A DNA stretch of 64,000 nucleotides from Fimbriosthenelais zetlandica (Eukaryota), in the NCBI GenBank assembly GCA_977030845.1, contig OZ365109.1:42036001-42100000 (forward strand). The letters run 5' to 3'. This document shows positions 46,136-60,280 of this stretch, in pieces (position 1 is the first letter of the stretch; each line of letters begins with the position of its first letter). A program made the position numbers and the translations under genes. The notes beneath the pieces are model-generated. The model worked only from the letters and a program-made list of their open reading frames with translations. It was not told where the DNA came from and did not search any database.

Positions 46136-49100
46136 ATTAAGGACGCACTACTAGCGCTCAGGCGGCCGCTATAAATACTATTAGCTCCTGCGCTTCTATG
46201 GTATATATAGGCAGTAATATGGAATATTAATTCATTGATAATTATGGGTGTTTTGATTTGATCCCCCTTCTCTTTCAAATAGATGTTGTTTATTATAATG
46301 TACAATATTTCAGGATGAGAATATGGAAGGGTATGAGAAAGTCAACAAAATGTATTTAGTCAATTATATTTATTGAAGTTGTCCTCTGCACAAAACAATT
46401 GGATGAATATAATTTCAATTGCTCTTTCACATGCTAAACTACCCGATAGGCCTATACATATATTGCAAACAGCATATCTGAGACACCAGTAACAAAATGC
46501 AAACCACATGGTTGAGTTTTAATTTGGTGTTAACTCTTTGTATTGAAATGTCATTTAAAAGGAAAAACCATTGGGTAACAATAAGTTTACACTCCTCTGA
46601 AGTCGACCTTACAAATCTGACAAATGAATCCATAATTATACATTCATTCTCTCGATAAACTACCCAATATTTAATCCGAGTTCAAACACCGAGTCTGAGA
46701 GGGGAGGAAAGTCCGCGCCACGCTGTCTCACCTACCCCCATCCCTCCCCCTGTTCACAGTCCCCCAGTCCAGGTCGGCCATGTGTGAACTTGAACAAAGC
46801 TATTGTACTGAGATTATGTAAGCTTAGTAGACAATGGTTCAATGGCTTGTTACAATTGTTATAACTACATGTATACATGTGCTCACTCAGGAGTTACTTT
46901 TAAAAATGACCAGTAATTTGACAGAGATATATCAAGTAAACCTTTGTCCAAGTTAAATTAAACCGGACCAATAAAGGTAAATAATTATGGTTATAATTAT
47001 AAGTATGTAACATCACGCATCCATTAAGTAAAACTTCCTCCAATCTATATGGACACAGATCTAATGAACTTAAATATAGAAAATAGATAGATGTAGATAC
47101 ATGGTTTGTCACAGAGGCGAAGAGAAGGCAACTGCACATGAATAAATGTTGAGGCAGAAGATCTGAAAAAGAAAATCAATACGGAAAGTTAATTTATTAG
47201 TAAACGGTTATCTGTTACTCTATATTTTTTAGAGATGGTAACTTTATATTAACAAAACTTGCCAAATCTTAATACAAGCTTAAAAGCCCTCTAATACTAT
47301 ACGGGATAAAAGCTTAGGGAAATGAGTACACACGCCCTCCCGATAGCCAGACACTTGCTGCCTGACCCTTAAAATAAATACATTATACCTACTTTCATCT
47401 GAATTCTCCACTTTGTCTTCGCACTGTTTATATCCCTCTCGAGTTTCTTCATCTCCGAGAATTCCTTATAAGATAAAAAAATAAGTGACATATTATTAAT
47501 ATAAGACAAGACCATTGTAGAACCATAGGTGTGAAATGCATCCATAACAGCTTCCAAGTTAAACTCCCTCCACATGTATACATTCTTTTTTTACAAATCT
47601 AAACTTCTAATCAAAGAACTTATGAATGTACCGGTGAAAGCACACATCTGATATTATTAAATTGAGGTAGTTACTTACATGTTTGCCATGTGCTTAGATC
47701 CAACATGTGCCTAAAATTATCCAAATTTTACACAGTATTTGGTGAATACATGAAGCCTATCTCCTCGCTTGAGAACTTGCTTGCTTGTCTGTGGTCACTC
47801 GACTGGTGGTGGGGCAGGGATGTGGAGGAGGAAGTCACTCCTCGATGGTCCTATCTTGTATTACGTAACTACATCGTAAGATGAGGGGGGCGTATAATGT
47901 ATTACCTCGTAAATTGGGGAATCTAATCTCATAATTACACGAGGGAACGTAGAATGCGGCAACCAATCTTGTAATTATACAAGATTGGCGGATTAGGTAG
48001 ATTTTGCGTTAAAAAAACGAGGTTTCATTGTGGTCAAACGGAAAGCAAGGACAGTGTACATACAAATAAACTTCACACAGAAACAAACTACTTCTTTGTA
48101 ATATTCCCGTGTACCTAAATATTTGCATGTAGCCTGACCTTTTGGGATTAGGTCCTGTTGGAATTCAAGCCCTTCTGACAATAGATAAAATGGACTTTTT
48201 TTTTTAGACATTCTGAATTATCAAGGGATTTCCATATGGAATGGCAGCAACCAGAAAGGAAAATGTGCTAGAAATAAACCAGGTTTCTAAGAAAAGGCAT
48301 AACTCCGGGGGCATCACCGCCCCTCCCCTTGTCAATAATGTTTGGATGATATGAGAAGATACTGGAAGGGAGATGGAATGTGTAAGAAAAAATAAGGACA
48401 AATGCAATGTGTGCCTGTTCTCAGAAGTGATGAAAGCAAAAGAAAAAAATCCAGAAAACCTTGAGATATGGGCGCCATCATGTTCCATCGAAGTAGCGCC
48501 GCTTAATGGAATCCTTATTAGACCCACTTGCTAAAACCAATTCCTCCACAAGTGCAGAACAAAATATCCTGGTCCCCATAAAACAGGCAGGTGTGAAATA
48601 GCAGAAGACATTCTGCCGACTGGTTCCCTGCTAGCTGAAACAGCTGGCCAATCACAGCCGTGCCAAGCTCGGGGACCAGTATTCTCCTGTGATAAGCCAA
48701 AGCTTTACAAAGTCTGACAGGGGAATTAATCTAAAAAAAACTTCATTTGATAAATCCTATGTAGCTTATAGTTGGTAAGCTGTATGTCTTAAAGCTCCAA
48801 GGTTTCATTTATCTTGAACAAGACAGAAATATGAGGCATCAGAGAAAGGAAATGAGGCATATTTGAGGATTATGTTTTAAGAATTTCAATGATCTCTTCT
48901 AATGCATTGTAATTGGTCTGTATTGATATTATTGATTAAATTTGTTTCTAGGAGCTCTTAGCCTTGATAGACTATAGTTTGGGAGGAGTTATATGGCATG
49001 AGGCATAATAAATCTTTCTGTGTTTGTGGAATAGCCACTGGTGAGCGTATAGGTGAAGGAAGTATGGTGAACATGGACTACTTTTCTGTATCCAGAATAG

Positions 49101-52100
49101 ATAACCCAGATAGGTTACTCCTTCCCTGCTATTTTAGCTTATGAAATATGCCTTGCAAACCTTTGATATGTGTTACAGGGTACCCCTTGGTTGGAAAACA
49201 CATTCCTTGCGGAAATGTTACCCCTCCTGGTCATTCCTGTTCATACTTTGAGCAATTACTGAAAATTCACGGAATGAGGCCATGCAGCTGAATGCAGGCA
49301 ACAAGTTTAATGCTAGAGATCACTAATATCATCTTGATTTGAGAGCGTTTAAATAGACCACAATCCAAGATCTGTCGCATACTTGTTCTTTGATCAAAAT
49401 CGTTTTGTTATTTACGTATTTTCCCATATACCACTGGTGGTATCCCTGAAGAATTTCTCAAAATGACCCTGAAAATTCTTAATAGTTCCATGGATTGCAA
49501 ATAATCTTGGATCCAAAAGTTGTGTACCAGGTTTCCTATGATGAATCATCAGAGATATCCCGAGGTCTTAAGTTTGAGCTTCAAAATGTGGATAAACTTG
49601 CGCTCTGAACTAAGATTCTAGAATTAATCGACATGAAGCAAGCCAAAAATTGGATTACGGTGGTATGAATCAAGCTAATAATTCCACCCCACCTGATTGA
49701 TGTGATTCAGTTTGCCTTGTCAATGATGATTAAATCAGGGGGCGTCTAGAGTATAGAGATGTAATGGCCAGCATGACTGCATGGTTGGGGTATCATCGTG
49801 GGCTGCTATATATATGTGGTACCGGAGTATAGTGGGCTAATACATGGCCCAGATTTGTCACCCCACTCCTGTTTTACTCCTCTGAGCCTCCAGTAGTAGG
49901 GGGGAGTATACAGTCTATCCACCATCTATTTACAGTCCCAATTCTGGTTGGAGTTCAGGGGTTTTGTAGGCCTTGGAGAAGCTGAAAATGAAAGTAATAT
50001 GTTGGATCTTTTTGTCACTTAAAAGACTTATTTCAGTAGGCCTGGTGGATCCATGATTTTGTCAATCAGTCCTGTGAAAAGGGGACCCAGGGTCATTTTG
50101 ACCCCAATTTAAACAACAAAAAAGTCTCTGAAAGTTGAATACTACTGTCTCCCAAGGTTGACCTCTCACAGGATCTGCTTTAGATTAATCACCTTTTTGT
50201 CAACACAAGAAGTATCCAAAAATTACTCTTTGAATCCACTGCTCATGAAGTCTAAAGGGCCTTGGCTTCAGATGAATCACTTGTATAGATTTCTCTGCAA
50301 GAATCAGTTTTTTATAGACAAATTTCGCCTCACCTCTAAGTCTGAATCTTCTGCATGATTAAATCTTTGAGTAAAATAGACTATTTCCCATTGCTGATAT
50401 TCCAGACTTTGAGTTTCAGTAGGCACAGATTTGGGAGAGGTTCTAGCCTCCAGTTTGCTCCTGCTAAAGGGGGACACAGGTGGTTGGGATAACTCAACCA
50501 GGGTCTGTCGGCTTGAGTACATGCAGACAAGATAAGGTTAACATGTCTTCACTGTGCGAAACTTTATATCTAAATAACAACCCTGAAATATTACATTATC
50601 ATGCAGTCTTCATGGATAAACAGCTTCAGGCTATTGCCATGCAGCTTTAAGCTGTTTTTGTTGTTGATAAATTTCACCCTTTTTGGCCAGCATATTTTTC
50701 AGGGAAATAGTTCACGGCATGGCTCGAATATATACCGTGGGCAGCCTAATTCTCGGATCTCCCGTTCTACATTATCTTTATGAAAAGTATTTAAATTAAG
50801 TTATACAATCATGCATATAGTATAGGGACATTTAATTGCATAAAATATTAATATTTATCTACAAATAATTTAAATTTACTAGCTTGATACTGCAAATGGT
50901 ATTTAATGAAGATTTAATGTAGTTTTTGATTAAAAAAAAAAGAATATATGAGGGGGTCGTGCAGCTCCTTTGCACCATTTTCCTTGGCCCTTTTAAAATA
51001 AAAAATACAATTTTTATAGATAAAGTGACGGGCGCGAATGAGTCTGTCAGAATGTTGTGAATCTTGCCAGAGGTTATATAACAATGCCTTATTCCCTGGA
51101 GCTACTGTCAGTAAGCCTAGTGTACCTCATCAATTACCCAGGGCTAAAAACTGCCAGCCAACTGGACCCACATTAAATATTTAGTCCATTTGGGTGAGGG
51201 ATCTATTCCCTCCCCGCAGAAGATCAATCATGGGTCGAAGGCATTAAGTAAGACCAAGAGAATAATTTAAAATCTTAAGATCCATGCTTTATATTAAGTC
51301 CTTGTACATGATATTTCAGTTTTTACCCCGCCCATCAAATTAAAACTATCTTCTACATATATATACAGCCCATCATGAGAATTATGCTTTTAGGAAAAGC
51401 AACATTTTTTATGACTAAATTCGGTTGCTGCTATTCTTAGATAGTGAAAAGTCAAAGGAACATTGTAATTCTGCATTTCAGATGGCACTTACACAACTAT
51501 ATTGATTTGGGCAGACGCTTAATAAATGCCTTGGAAGTGCAAACCCAATTTACTATCAAATATTAAAAGAACCTGCACTAGTTGGTAACACGGAAAAGTT
51601 GCAGTTGCAGTGTTACTATGTGAACAACCCAAATACTGCTGGCATACCCAAACACTGCTGCCATTTGAAAAAGGTCAGGTTCAGGAACTCTGATGGCATT
51701 TGGCTAATCTCCCTCTCTCTCACCAGCATCCAGTCACCTGGTCTAAGAAAAGAAACTAGATCACGTCCAACTACTATCTGAACCTCTCAGAAACATGTTT
51801 GAGTTTTCATCCTGCATAGCACCGCTAGGAATAGTTTGGTAAGCTGCATTAGGCTAGGTACAATGCCGTCTTAAACTGAAATCAGTAGAATTTTACATAA
51901 TGCCTGCAATAAGAAGTCCTTTCAACAAAATCTAAATCAAAATCTAAGGACAAGCACGGTTGGAATTTGTGTATAGATTCAGGATTACATCAGGTCTTTG
52001 CAGGGAAAGCTTTGGTTTGTAAAATACGGCATCATAATTGTATTGGCTCCGTTTTCTGAAAGGCAAAGCTAATGTGTCGAACAAGAACAATTAGTGGTGT

Positions 52101-53719
52101 TCAAATGATAGCTGAGGTATTACGATAAGGCTGAATACTATGAAAAACATGAGCTTTGATCCAAAAATGTGAGATGGCATGCCTGATTTAGTTCAGTGCT
52201 TCTTTGCTCACTTTTCTGTGAAATAAATTAGTTTAGCTAGGGTCAGTCTGTTGACCAAAGTGGAAATTTTGGTGCCCGGGATCTTATACTTGACATATTG
52301 GTAGGTTAGGGAGAGACTTTAGCTGACTTAATTTGCGAGACAGGTGAACATTTGTAAGGTTAAATGGCAACTGCTGCTACATCCCTGCTACTCTGCCCTT
52401 TGGGTCAATGGGAGCTGAGGATTTCAGCTTTCTACCATAGATTCACTAGAATGTGCACTGTCTGGAGGAAATGAATGACCAAACGATAAATGATTATAAA
52501 TTTGTTCCTTTCGTCCACACACAATATTTATGGTCACTTGGTTTGAAAGTCCTTGCACCATGATTGGAATCAATGGTCCTTGTTTTGAACTGTGAACTGT
52601 TCTGCATAGTTTAATGGTAACCTTCCATCCTCAGATAGGCCTATGTTCATTTCCAAATTTGCAATATTAATTCTTGCCATAATAAACTAATGGAACTAAC
52701 AATAATGAGGTGTAACCTAGATCCTTACTGTAGAGTACACCAAAACCAAAATGCGCAGTATTTAAAAAAAAAGGAAAATAAAATTTGTTTTCAATGTTAC
52801 AGGAGTCAAAAGCTGTTACGTGCATGGCAGGAAAAGGCAGCAATCCCTGTTGCATGGCAATCGCTCATTGGAGGTCCATTCATGGCTGGAGGGCTTAGCA
52901 TTCTAAGTTCATTCACCCTTCTTCTTCCCTCCTGTAATTCTATGGTCAGAGGCTTGGTGCTGGGCGCGCAGTGCTATCATATGAATATCTAAGTACACCC
53001 GGGGCTATGTCTAATCCTATTTTATAGGCTGAAAGCCAGATTCTCTCCTCAGCAATCTTCTTTGCTTGATTGTGATGGGACTTGAATGAAGCGGGACACT
53101 AATCCTCCGGTGCAGCTGCTCCTTCTCATCAGTTCTCATGCTTTATCATGGTCCACTTATATAAGTGGATGGAGAGCAGAGGCTACTTTTGGGATGGAAA
53201 AACTGCTATTTTTACTCTCGTGACTCCGTAAATGGGATGTCTAATTATGAAAAATGACATAGGTGATACAGCCACCAGCTTCAAATAACCTTGGGTTTCC
53301 AATCTCCCCTACCCATGGAAAATGAAATCCTGTTCCCCATAGAAAACTATTTTGAAACCACTTTTATGGCAGATAAGAAATAAATCCAAAGGTTCATGGT
53401 TTTTTACGGCCATCCCTTCTCCCCTTTGATTGAAGGGTACGCAATAAGGCCCTTCACTCACTTGGGTATAACCACTTGGGTATATCCACTCATGGAGATA
53501 ACGGACAGCGTTAGCGTTTAGACGAGGGTTAGGGTGCTGAATTCCTTTACTGTAGGCCTAGTCTACAATACAGTGATGTGTGATAGCTCACTCATTTATC
53601 CAATTATTGTGTCTAATCACTGCTAGGTGAGCTTTACCTATGGCCTCCTCCAGAGTCTAAACTTGTTACAGGTAAACCTATACAGACAACCAGTCCACTG
53701 TCCTTCCCTTGTTTCCCGT

Positions 53720-54060
53720 CAATCACTTCCGGGCAGGAATACTAACTTCCGGGGCTTTAGCCATTCCCTTCGCAGTACCTCTGCGGGAACTATATCCAGC
53801 GAGCACTCACTTCCCACTACTATGTTAACGTGGCGCAATGATACTAACACCAGTGAACAGGTCCGACCGTCGCCATTCATCCCTGTGACAGGTTCTTATA
53901 GGACACTCTATTGGAACTGAACGCTTTAGGTTCGCGCCTGGAAAAACAAACACCTTTTTCCCCCCACTTCCGCTAGAGGGAGCGGAGAGGGGAATTGCTT
54001 GCTCATTGAACACTTTATTGATGTTCATGGCGAGCGGGTGCCAGCAGGGGGATGCTTGTC
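53720..54060. promoter_or_regulatory. Candidate intronic cis-regulatory element (Ets cluster plus CTCF-like sites)
   Basis: ACTTCCG at 53725, 53745 and 53966; CCGCTAGAGGGAGC at 53970-53983; CCAGCAGGGGGATG at 54041-54054; locally CpG-rich. Confidence 0.45.
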
Positions 54061-54256
54061 GGGATTTGGTAGGGCGTGATGAAACCCAGTGGTGTGTAAC
54101 AAAAAGATCTCACTGGTGGCTGCAGAAAGAAATATGTCCCCACCACAAAAAATTACTCCCAGAGTTGGTCTGCTATATGTTCTACAAAAGGACCTGGAGG
54201 GGTAGGTAGTCATATATATCTAGAACAATGCATGCTAGACTAGACTAAAAGGGCGT

Positions 54257-54483
54257 GTCCGCAATCGCGATAATCAACTAAGATGGGGATTTTTAAGATA
54301 TGCGATAGAGAATACACCCAAAATTCCACCAAAACTATTTGTATACACTTTGGAAAATCTGTCAATTATGAATATTATTGGTTTAAATATGGATATACAT
54401 GTATTAATTTGATTGTGGATAAATGTCGCATAATCTATATACCTTAACTGCTATTTTAGTGGTCTATCGTGATAGTGGATGCC
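54257..54483. mobile_element. MITE-like element, copy 2 (same family as 6475-6724)
   Basis: Shared blocks actaagat, tatgcgatagagaa-acacc-aaaattc and cttaactg-tattttagt-gtctatcgt-atagtgg; the right end reads GCC followed by TA. Confidence 0.65.
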
Positions 54484-55549
54484 TATAGCAGTACTCCCAC
54501 TGATCGCTCCCCAGCACATAGATATAGTTGAATGTCACAAAAATGTTATAGCCTGACCACACAGAGTAGTTTTGACCCAACATTGAAATAGATGAATCCA
54601 TTCATATATACTGAAGCCATTGAACAATGTTTTCTAGTATTTGTCTATATGGTGTTTTGTTGAAAGGCAGCCTATAGTAAAAATGCTATTGTGAATCAGT
54701 CTGCAGTAAAAGCCTGCAGGAGAATGTCCTCATTTGTTTACAACAAATGACATCATCCATATTCATGAGCACCTGTCAATGTTTATGCAGATAGATTCTG
54801 TTTAAACCAATTATTGGAATTTCCTACCAGTCAGACAGGGATGTTGTTGGTCAGGTCTGGAGACATCAGACAAGATGAGAAAGAGAGTGTATTATACTAC
54901 GACTGTATTAGTTATGCAATGGAAATAGGTTGAATGAGGCCATTGAAAAATCATGTCATTTCAACGAGTTGTGACGTCTAACTTGTTACATGAGCGTTTC
55001 TGATAGCTCGGTATGCCTATGGCATGGCTATCTGGTCCAATTGGCCGACTAGCGTCACATGGAAAATGAAACTAATACATAGTGCGTAAATATAATTTAG
55101 ACATCAAATAATGGCAGCCCATCTACCCTCGAAAGGTTGACATTGATATGTGATGCTGATGCTAACCAGAACCTTGTATCAAAGGTTGTATACACCTTAT
55201 TGCAAACAGAAACCCTGCCAATCACAATATTATGTGTCCGTGCAGATTTTCAGTAGAAAGCAAAATATATTGGAAATTGCAAAACTATATTTCTGCATTT
55301 AGGAATATCAAATTATTTCAAACTTGTTGATATTTCAGTCAGTATCCAACCTGTTTTCACAATGCTATCTAAAGCCCGATGAAGTATAGAGAGGTCGAGT
55401 CAAGTTATTACATTAAATTCTGTATCATTGACCAGTTGGGCTTTTCCATGCTACTGTACATTGTATACGAATGCTTGAAATGATAACCTCAGTCTATATG
55501 GTGTAAGAGCATATTCAAGTCCAAGCGTATCTCCCATGAAAAGTATACG

Positions 55550-55818
55550 GGCTATAGCTGCTGTTCTTCGGCCTGGATGCGGGAGGTCACTTGTTCAATC
55601 CCCAAGCATTCTTCAAACCTTCCATTGTCCTCCACCCAGTGCTGCTAACTGGGATATAGATCAACGGTCAGCCCTCTCTCCCCCTCTAATAATTGTAAGA
55701 GGCATGTAAAAGAAACATTGCTGTCATTCCTAAGAGTACCTTATTCTCTGCCGACAACGTGTTTCCTTCTCGTCCTGAGATAGCTGAAAAATTGTTTTGA
55801 CCGGACGTTAAACAAATA
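55550..55818 (+). mobile_element. tRNA-derived SINE, family A, copy 2
   Basis: B box GTTCAATCCC; body acccagtgctgctaactgggatat; tail ctgccgacaacgtgtttccttctcgtcctga..ggacgttaaacaaata. Confidence 0.82.
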
Positions 55819-58800
55819 ATATTATGCATCCATTCACCATGTGTGGTATTGATATTGTGAGTAGTATAGGGACCGATGTGTCCCTGCCTCAGGCTCACTA
55901 TCATGATGATATATATATAAGGCCAAAACGAATTTGTTTAGCTTCACCACGCAACACTTTAAACTCGCTATTTAAAATATAATAAATTTAGGTCATTTAG
56001 GCTGACATCTAGGTCTTGCGTCGTGTTTCCGGAAATTCTGTTTTTTGTTATTCCTTGATAAAAATAACAAAAATGTCTTGTATTTCCATGAGTCTTCATT
56101 TTGTTTACCTTTTCCATTATAATTGTCTCACCAAAAGATTGCAAAACATTGCAAGACGGAAAAGGGGTCCGAGCATTGCGGCCCAAAATGCACTGCTTGA
56201 ACAAAAATCGGGTACTCGAACAATCCGGGAAATTTGCGTTAAAACTGGTGGTGGTGTGTGTGGGGGGGGGGGGGGAGGCGTTCTGACCACCTGACCCCCC
56301 TGGATAGTTCTGATTCTCCTTCCCCAATGTCATGCACTCATCAGGGTACCGGAATCGTGGAACAAATCATTCTTGCATAACTGGATGGCAGTTATTGTAC
56401 TGGCCTTCATTTCCCATTTAAGCCGATATGGCTGTAAGAAGGGGCGGTTATATCAATATGGGATTGAGGAGCAGGTTGGAGGTTAATGAGAATTTGGTAA
56501 TCAGGGAGTGTGGGTGGAGGTGGCGAGAGGATGAGCCAGATTGATAATGAGATTGATGTTCAAACAATTCCCTTATATCATCCCCCATGACCTGTCTATA
56601 CTTGACATTATATAAGTCCAAATTGAATCAATGAATAAATGTCTTGGTCATAATTACTAAAGAACATTTTTTATTAGTTAAGTGGATGTGGATGTCACAA
56701 GAGCATGCCACTTCCAGGTAGATTTAAAGGTTCTTTATTTCCAATATATTTCGGCCTACATTCGGCCTTCTCAGGGCAAGAAGTGTTTATTACATTATAT
56801 CGGAAATTGAAGTAATAACATGGCCATACATGACCGTATATTTTTGCATGGATACATAGATTGAGAGGTTCAGGGAGGCCAATTGCGCTTTACGTCACCC
56901 AAGTGACTGAATTGCCCCAGACGCTGCGTTGATTCTATCGATTCCATTAATATTGATGAGTTCCTAGGACGATGTATATCTCAGAATTGGCTAACATAGC
57001 CAATCCCATGCAAAGATGAACCCTGAGCTTATCTCTTAGGCCCCCCCTAGTTTATTTTGATTTTTTGAGGTACATAGATCTTTGGTGTAGGCCTAGGCTA
57101 TGACTTGTATCACCCGTTTATCCTTCAATGGATCCCATGTAATTATGACAATGCCGTGGCAATATTGTCACCTTTCAGTGACTGTTGACAGTAGCAGACT
57201 GTATCAATAAATCCAGGTTTTCAGGCGCAGTAGCTGTACCAAGCACTCGTCTGCCATACTTGTTCATGTCTTTGAACCTTCTTGACCCCATGTTGAACGG
57301 GTGTCTACTTGTATTATGTAAATAGCGCTGTAAGGATGACCCGTCATTATCCAGGCATATCACCAGCCTCTGCCTATCATTTTGCATCCCACAACTTTGG
57401 TAATATCTGCATACATGTAGAATATTTGTCATCAATGTTTTTTCTGCAAGTCTTGAGAATATCACAACACGTATCACATAAATCAAAGCCAGGATATTTA
57501 TACATTACACGTTCTTCCTATCACATTGTGTTATTCTATGGGCACTTATTCGATATAAAAATTCCCAATAAATCCATGTGAAAATCATTTTGACAATTCT
57601 ATTTGTTAGGGATGGTTATAAATAATGTTTCAGGGGATCATCACAGGTGGTTGGTCAACCGTCCTTTTGTGGGAATCTTTTTGTCGCTCCAATATTGGTC
57701 ACAAATTTACAAATCACAAATATTGGTCACCACCCCCCCCCCCCCCCTAAATCTTACCCTAAATTCCTGGATCCACCCCTGGGTTTAACTGTGAACAATA
57801 TTTATGGGATTGATGGCACCTTGATTGAAGCCCCCATTGATGGTCCGCTCCTCTTATAGAGGATTTTCTCCTGGCCTTACCTCAGCCTACCGGAACTCCC
57901 CCGTGACTTCCGGTGAATGACCCACTTTTCACAGAAATGCCTCTGCTATTCCAGCACTTCCTGGAATATCCCAACAAAAACTCCATTGACGTATCACTTG
58001 CCGGGGGAAAAAGCTTTGTTGAAAGGTTGTGAGAAGTAATTGAGATGAATACATTGATCTGTTAGCAACTTGTTTCAAGTAGGTTTCTTTGCTTGAAAAC
58101 TATTGGTCAAACAATCTGGGTATTCAAATGATAGGCTCAACATGTAATTTTGACGTTGTCAATGATGGTTGCTCTGAACCACCCCTCTTTCGGTGACATT
58201 AGAAATCCAGGACATGATATACCACTGATGCGTTTTTTCTTCGTAACCCACATTCCCCAACAAGCAACACAAGACAAAAACACAACTACATGTATTTATT
58301 GTCAAGGGTTAGAGGAAGGCCTGGCCCAGATGTGGGGTGGATGATCCACTCCGTTTTTATCTACGGCTATAGTATAGCCTATAGGCAAAGGCTTGTACTC
58401 AGCCCTATTTCCTCTCTGCGGTACTGTATCTTAAATGTGTTTTTTTTTGTTCCATGATTCGAGCTCGATACATTTGAGACCTATAGTATATATACAGGTA
58501 CCGGTACTGTATGATAGGATTCTTACAATGTAAACTGCAAATGTGGGTTGGGGGAGGTCCTGGGAGTCGGGACCCCCTTCAGAGATGTTTTCTACCTCCC
58601 CTTTGAAATAGTGTTTTTGTGGTCATAAATCCCTAATCCGGCCCTGAGCTGTCACTTATATAATAGACAAAACCACACTGACCAGAAGTTTGCTTTCATG
58701 ATGTTTGTTCTTTCATAATATCGTTGTTGAATTATTAGGCCTATGGACATAATTCTGTACATGACAGGTTTTCCATCCACAGTGCTCAATAATAGTCGTT

Positions 58801-59959
58801 CCTATCACTCTCAGACAATCAAATACATCGCCTATTCCTGCTCACAATATGATCTTATTTTGTGGGATATTGTTTTATTCATTTGAATTATTAACCACAA
58901 TATTTCTGTCACTTATTTGCCCTGAATATGCTGGTTTTCTTTGCTGATAGAGTTACTGATTTAGAATAGGCTACTGTTTAGGTTACTGTTTGCACCACAT
59001 TTATAAACTTTGGGTCCGAACTGGATCCTAATTTTCCTAAATTTTGACCCTTTATCTTTTTGATAATTTTTTCCTGATTATTTTGAATGGATCTTTTTAA
59101 CGGTCCGCCTCCTTAATTTCTACCTATTTGTCCCTTTGATTATGTATTTATTTCAGTAGTAGATATTTTCCTATATTTTTTGTGAATGTACATTTAGGCT
59201 GAAAATTACACTGAAAATTAGTCGTCAATTGACTACTGGCCCATTTCTACTAATTTTGGATAAATTCATGAAAAACAATTGCATGCTAATTATAACCATT
59301 GACTTGAACGACGCTTAAATGATACGATGTATGCTGAGAAAACTTTGAGCACATTTTAACATTTTAGCATTTGCACAGTGTCTAATTTTGACCATTTTTC
59401 AACACTGCTAAGACTGTGACATCTTTTCTGATTTTCATAGATCAATGGACATGTCAAGGTAGAAAACTTGATATTGCTGTGCACTTTTCGCATCTAGCTT
59501 TCCATCTATCTAGAATTGTAGCCCATAAGTCGCAGAAATCTCACACATTATAAATTGCCTTTTTCACTGGAGCAAAATTACTATTACTATTACTTTTTAC
59601 AATTGAAAAACCCTCTTTAGATCTGTTACGTTGAATTTGTTTGTCTGGCTGCAGTGGAATAGGCACTCAAGTTGACAGATAGGCCTGGTAGATTAGCTCT
59701 GCTAGTCAAAATACATGATCTTACTAACACAGTCAACCCCCATAAACCCTGCTGTACATGAGTTCATTGGTAATGTAATTTCCATATATAAACATCTCTT
59801 CATTTGTTTGTTATTTCTTGGTATCCATCTTGCTTTTTCTGCGATAGAGGATGTAATCCCCCACATTATTCCTCTCTGGCCTCCTCTTCCACATTACATC
59901 CTTACTTTAATCGTTTTCACAGTGTCTTCCAACCCGTTTACATTAATTTTTACTCTCTA

Positions 59960-60280
59960 ATTTGTCTTCCGTTGAACCTTCCCGTCCATCCTCTCCTTCA
60001 TCCATTCATCCACCCACAAGTTCGTTCATCCATCCACCCCCGCCAACGTACTATTCATCCAAACATTTCATCCACCCACCAACCCATCCACCCACTCATC
60101 CACCCACTCATCCACCCACTGATCCCAGCAGCCCATTTACCCACTCCCTCCAGCCGCGCATTCATCCACCCGCCCATCCATCCATCCATTCCATCCATCT
60201 CATCCATCTCATCCATCCATCCACCCATTCATCCCAGGAGCCCACCCACACCGCGACCCATTACCCATCCTTCTTGATCA
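59960..60280. repeat. Degenerate (CCAT)n/(CCAC)n microsatellite
   Basis: Continuous catc/ccat/ccac units. Confidence 0.9.

Noticed and set aside
49540-49620. ERKFIHILKLK as a Penelope GIY-YIG C-terminus
   Set aside because: The upstream sequence lacks any GIY-YIG or HFN motif; the similarity is too short.
54385-54410. TACATGTA in MITE copy 2 as an insertion relative to copy 1
   Set aside because: The local alignment of the two copies is ambiguous, so it is not used as evidence.
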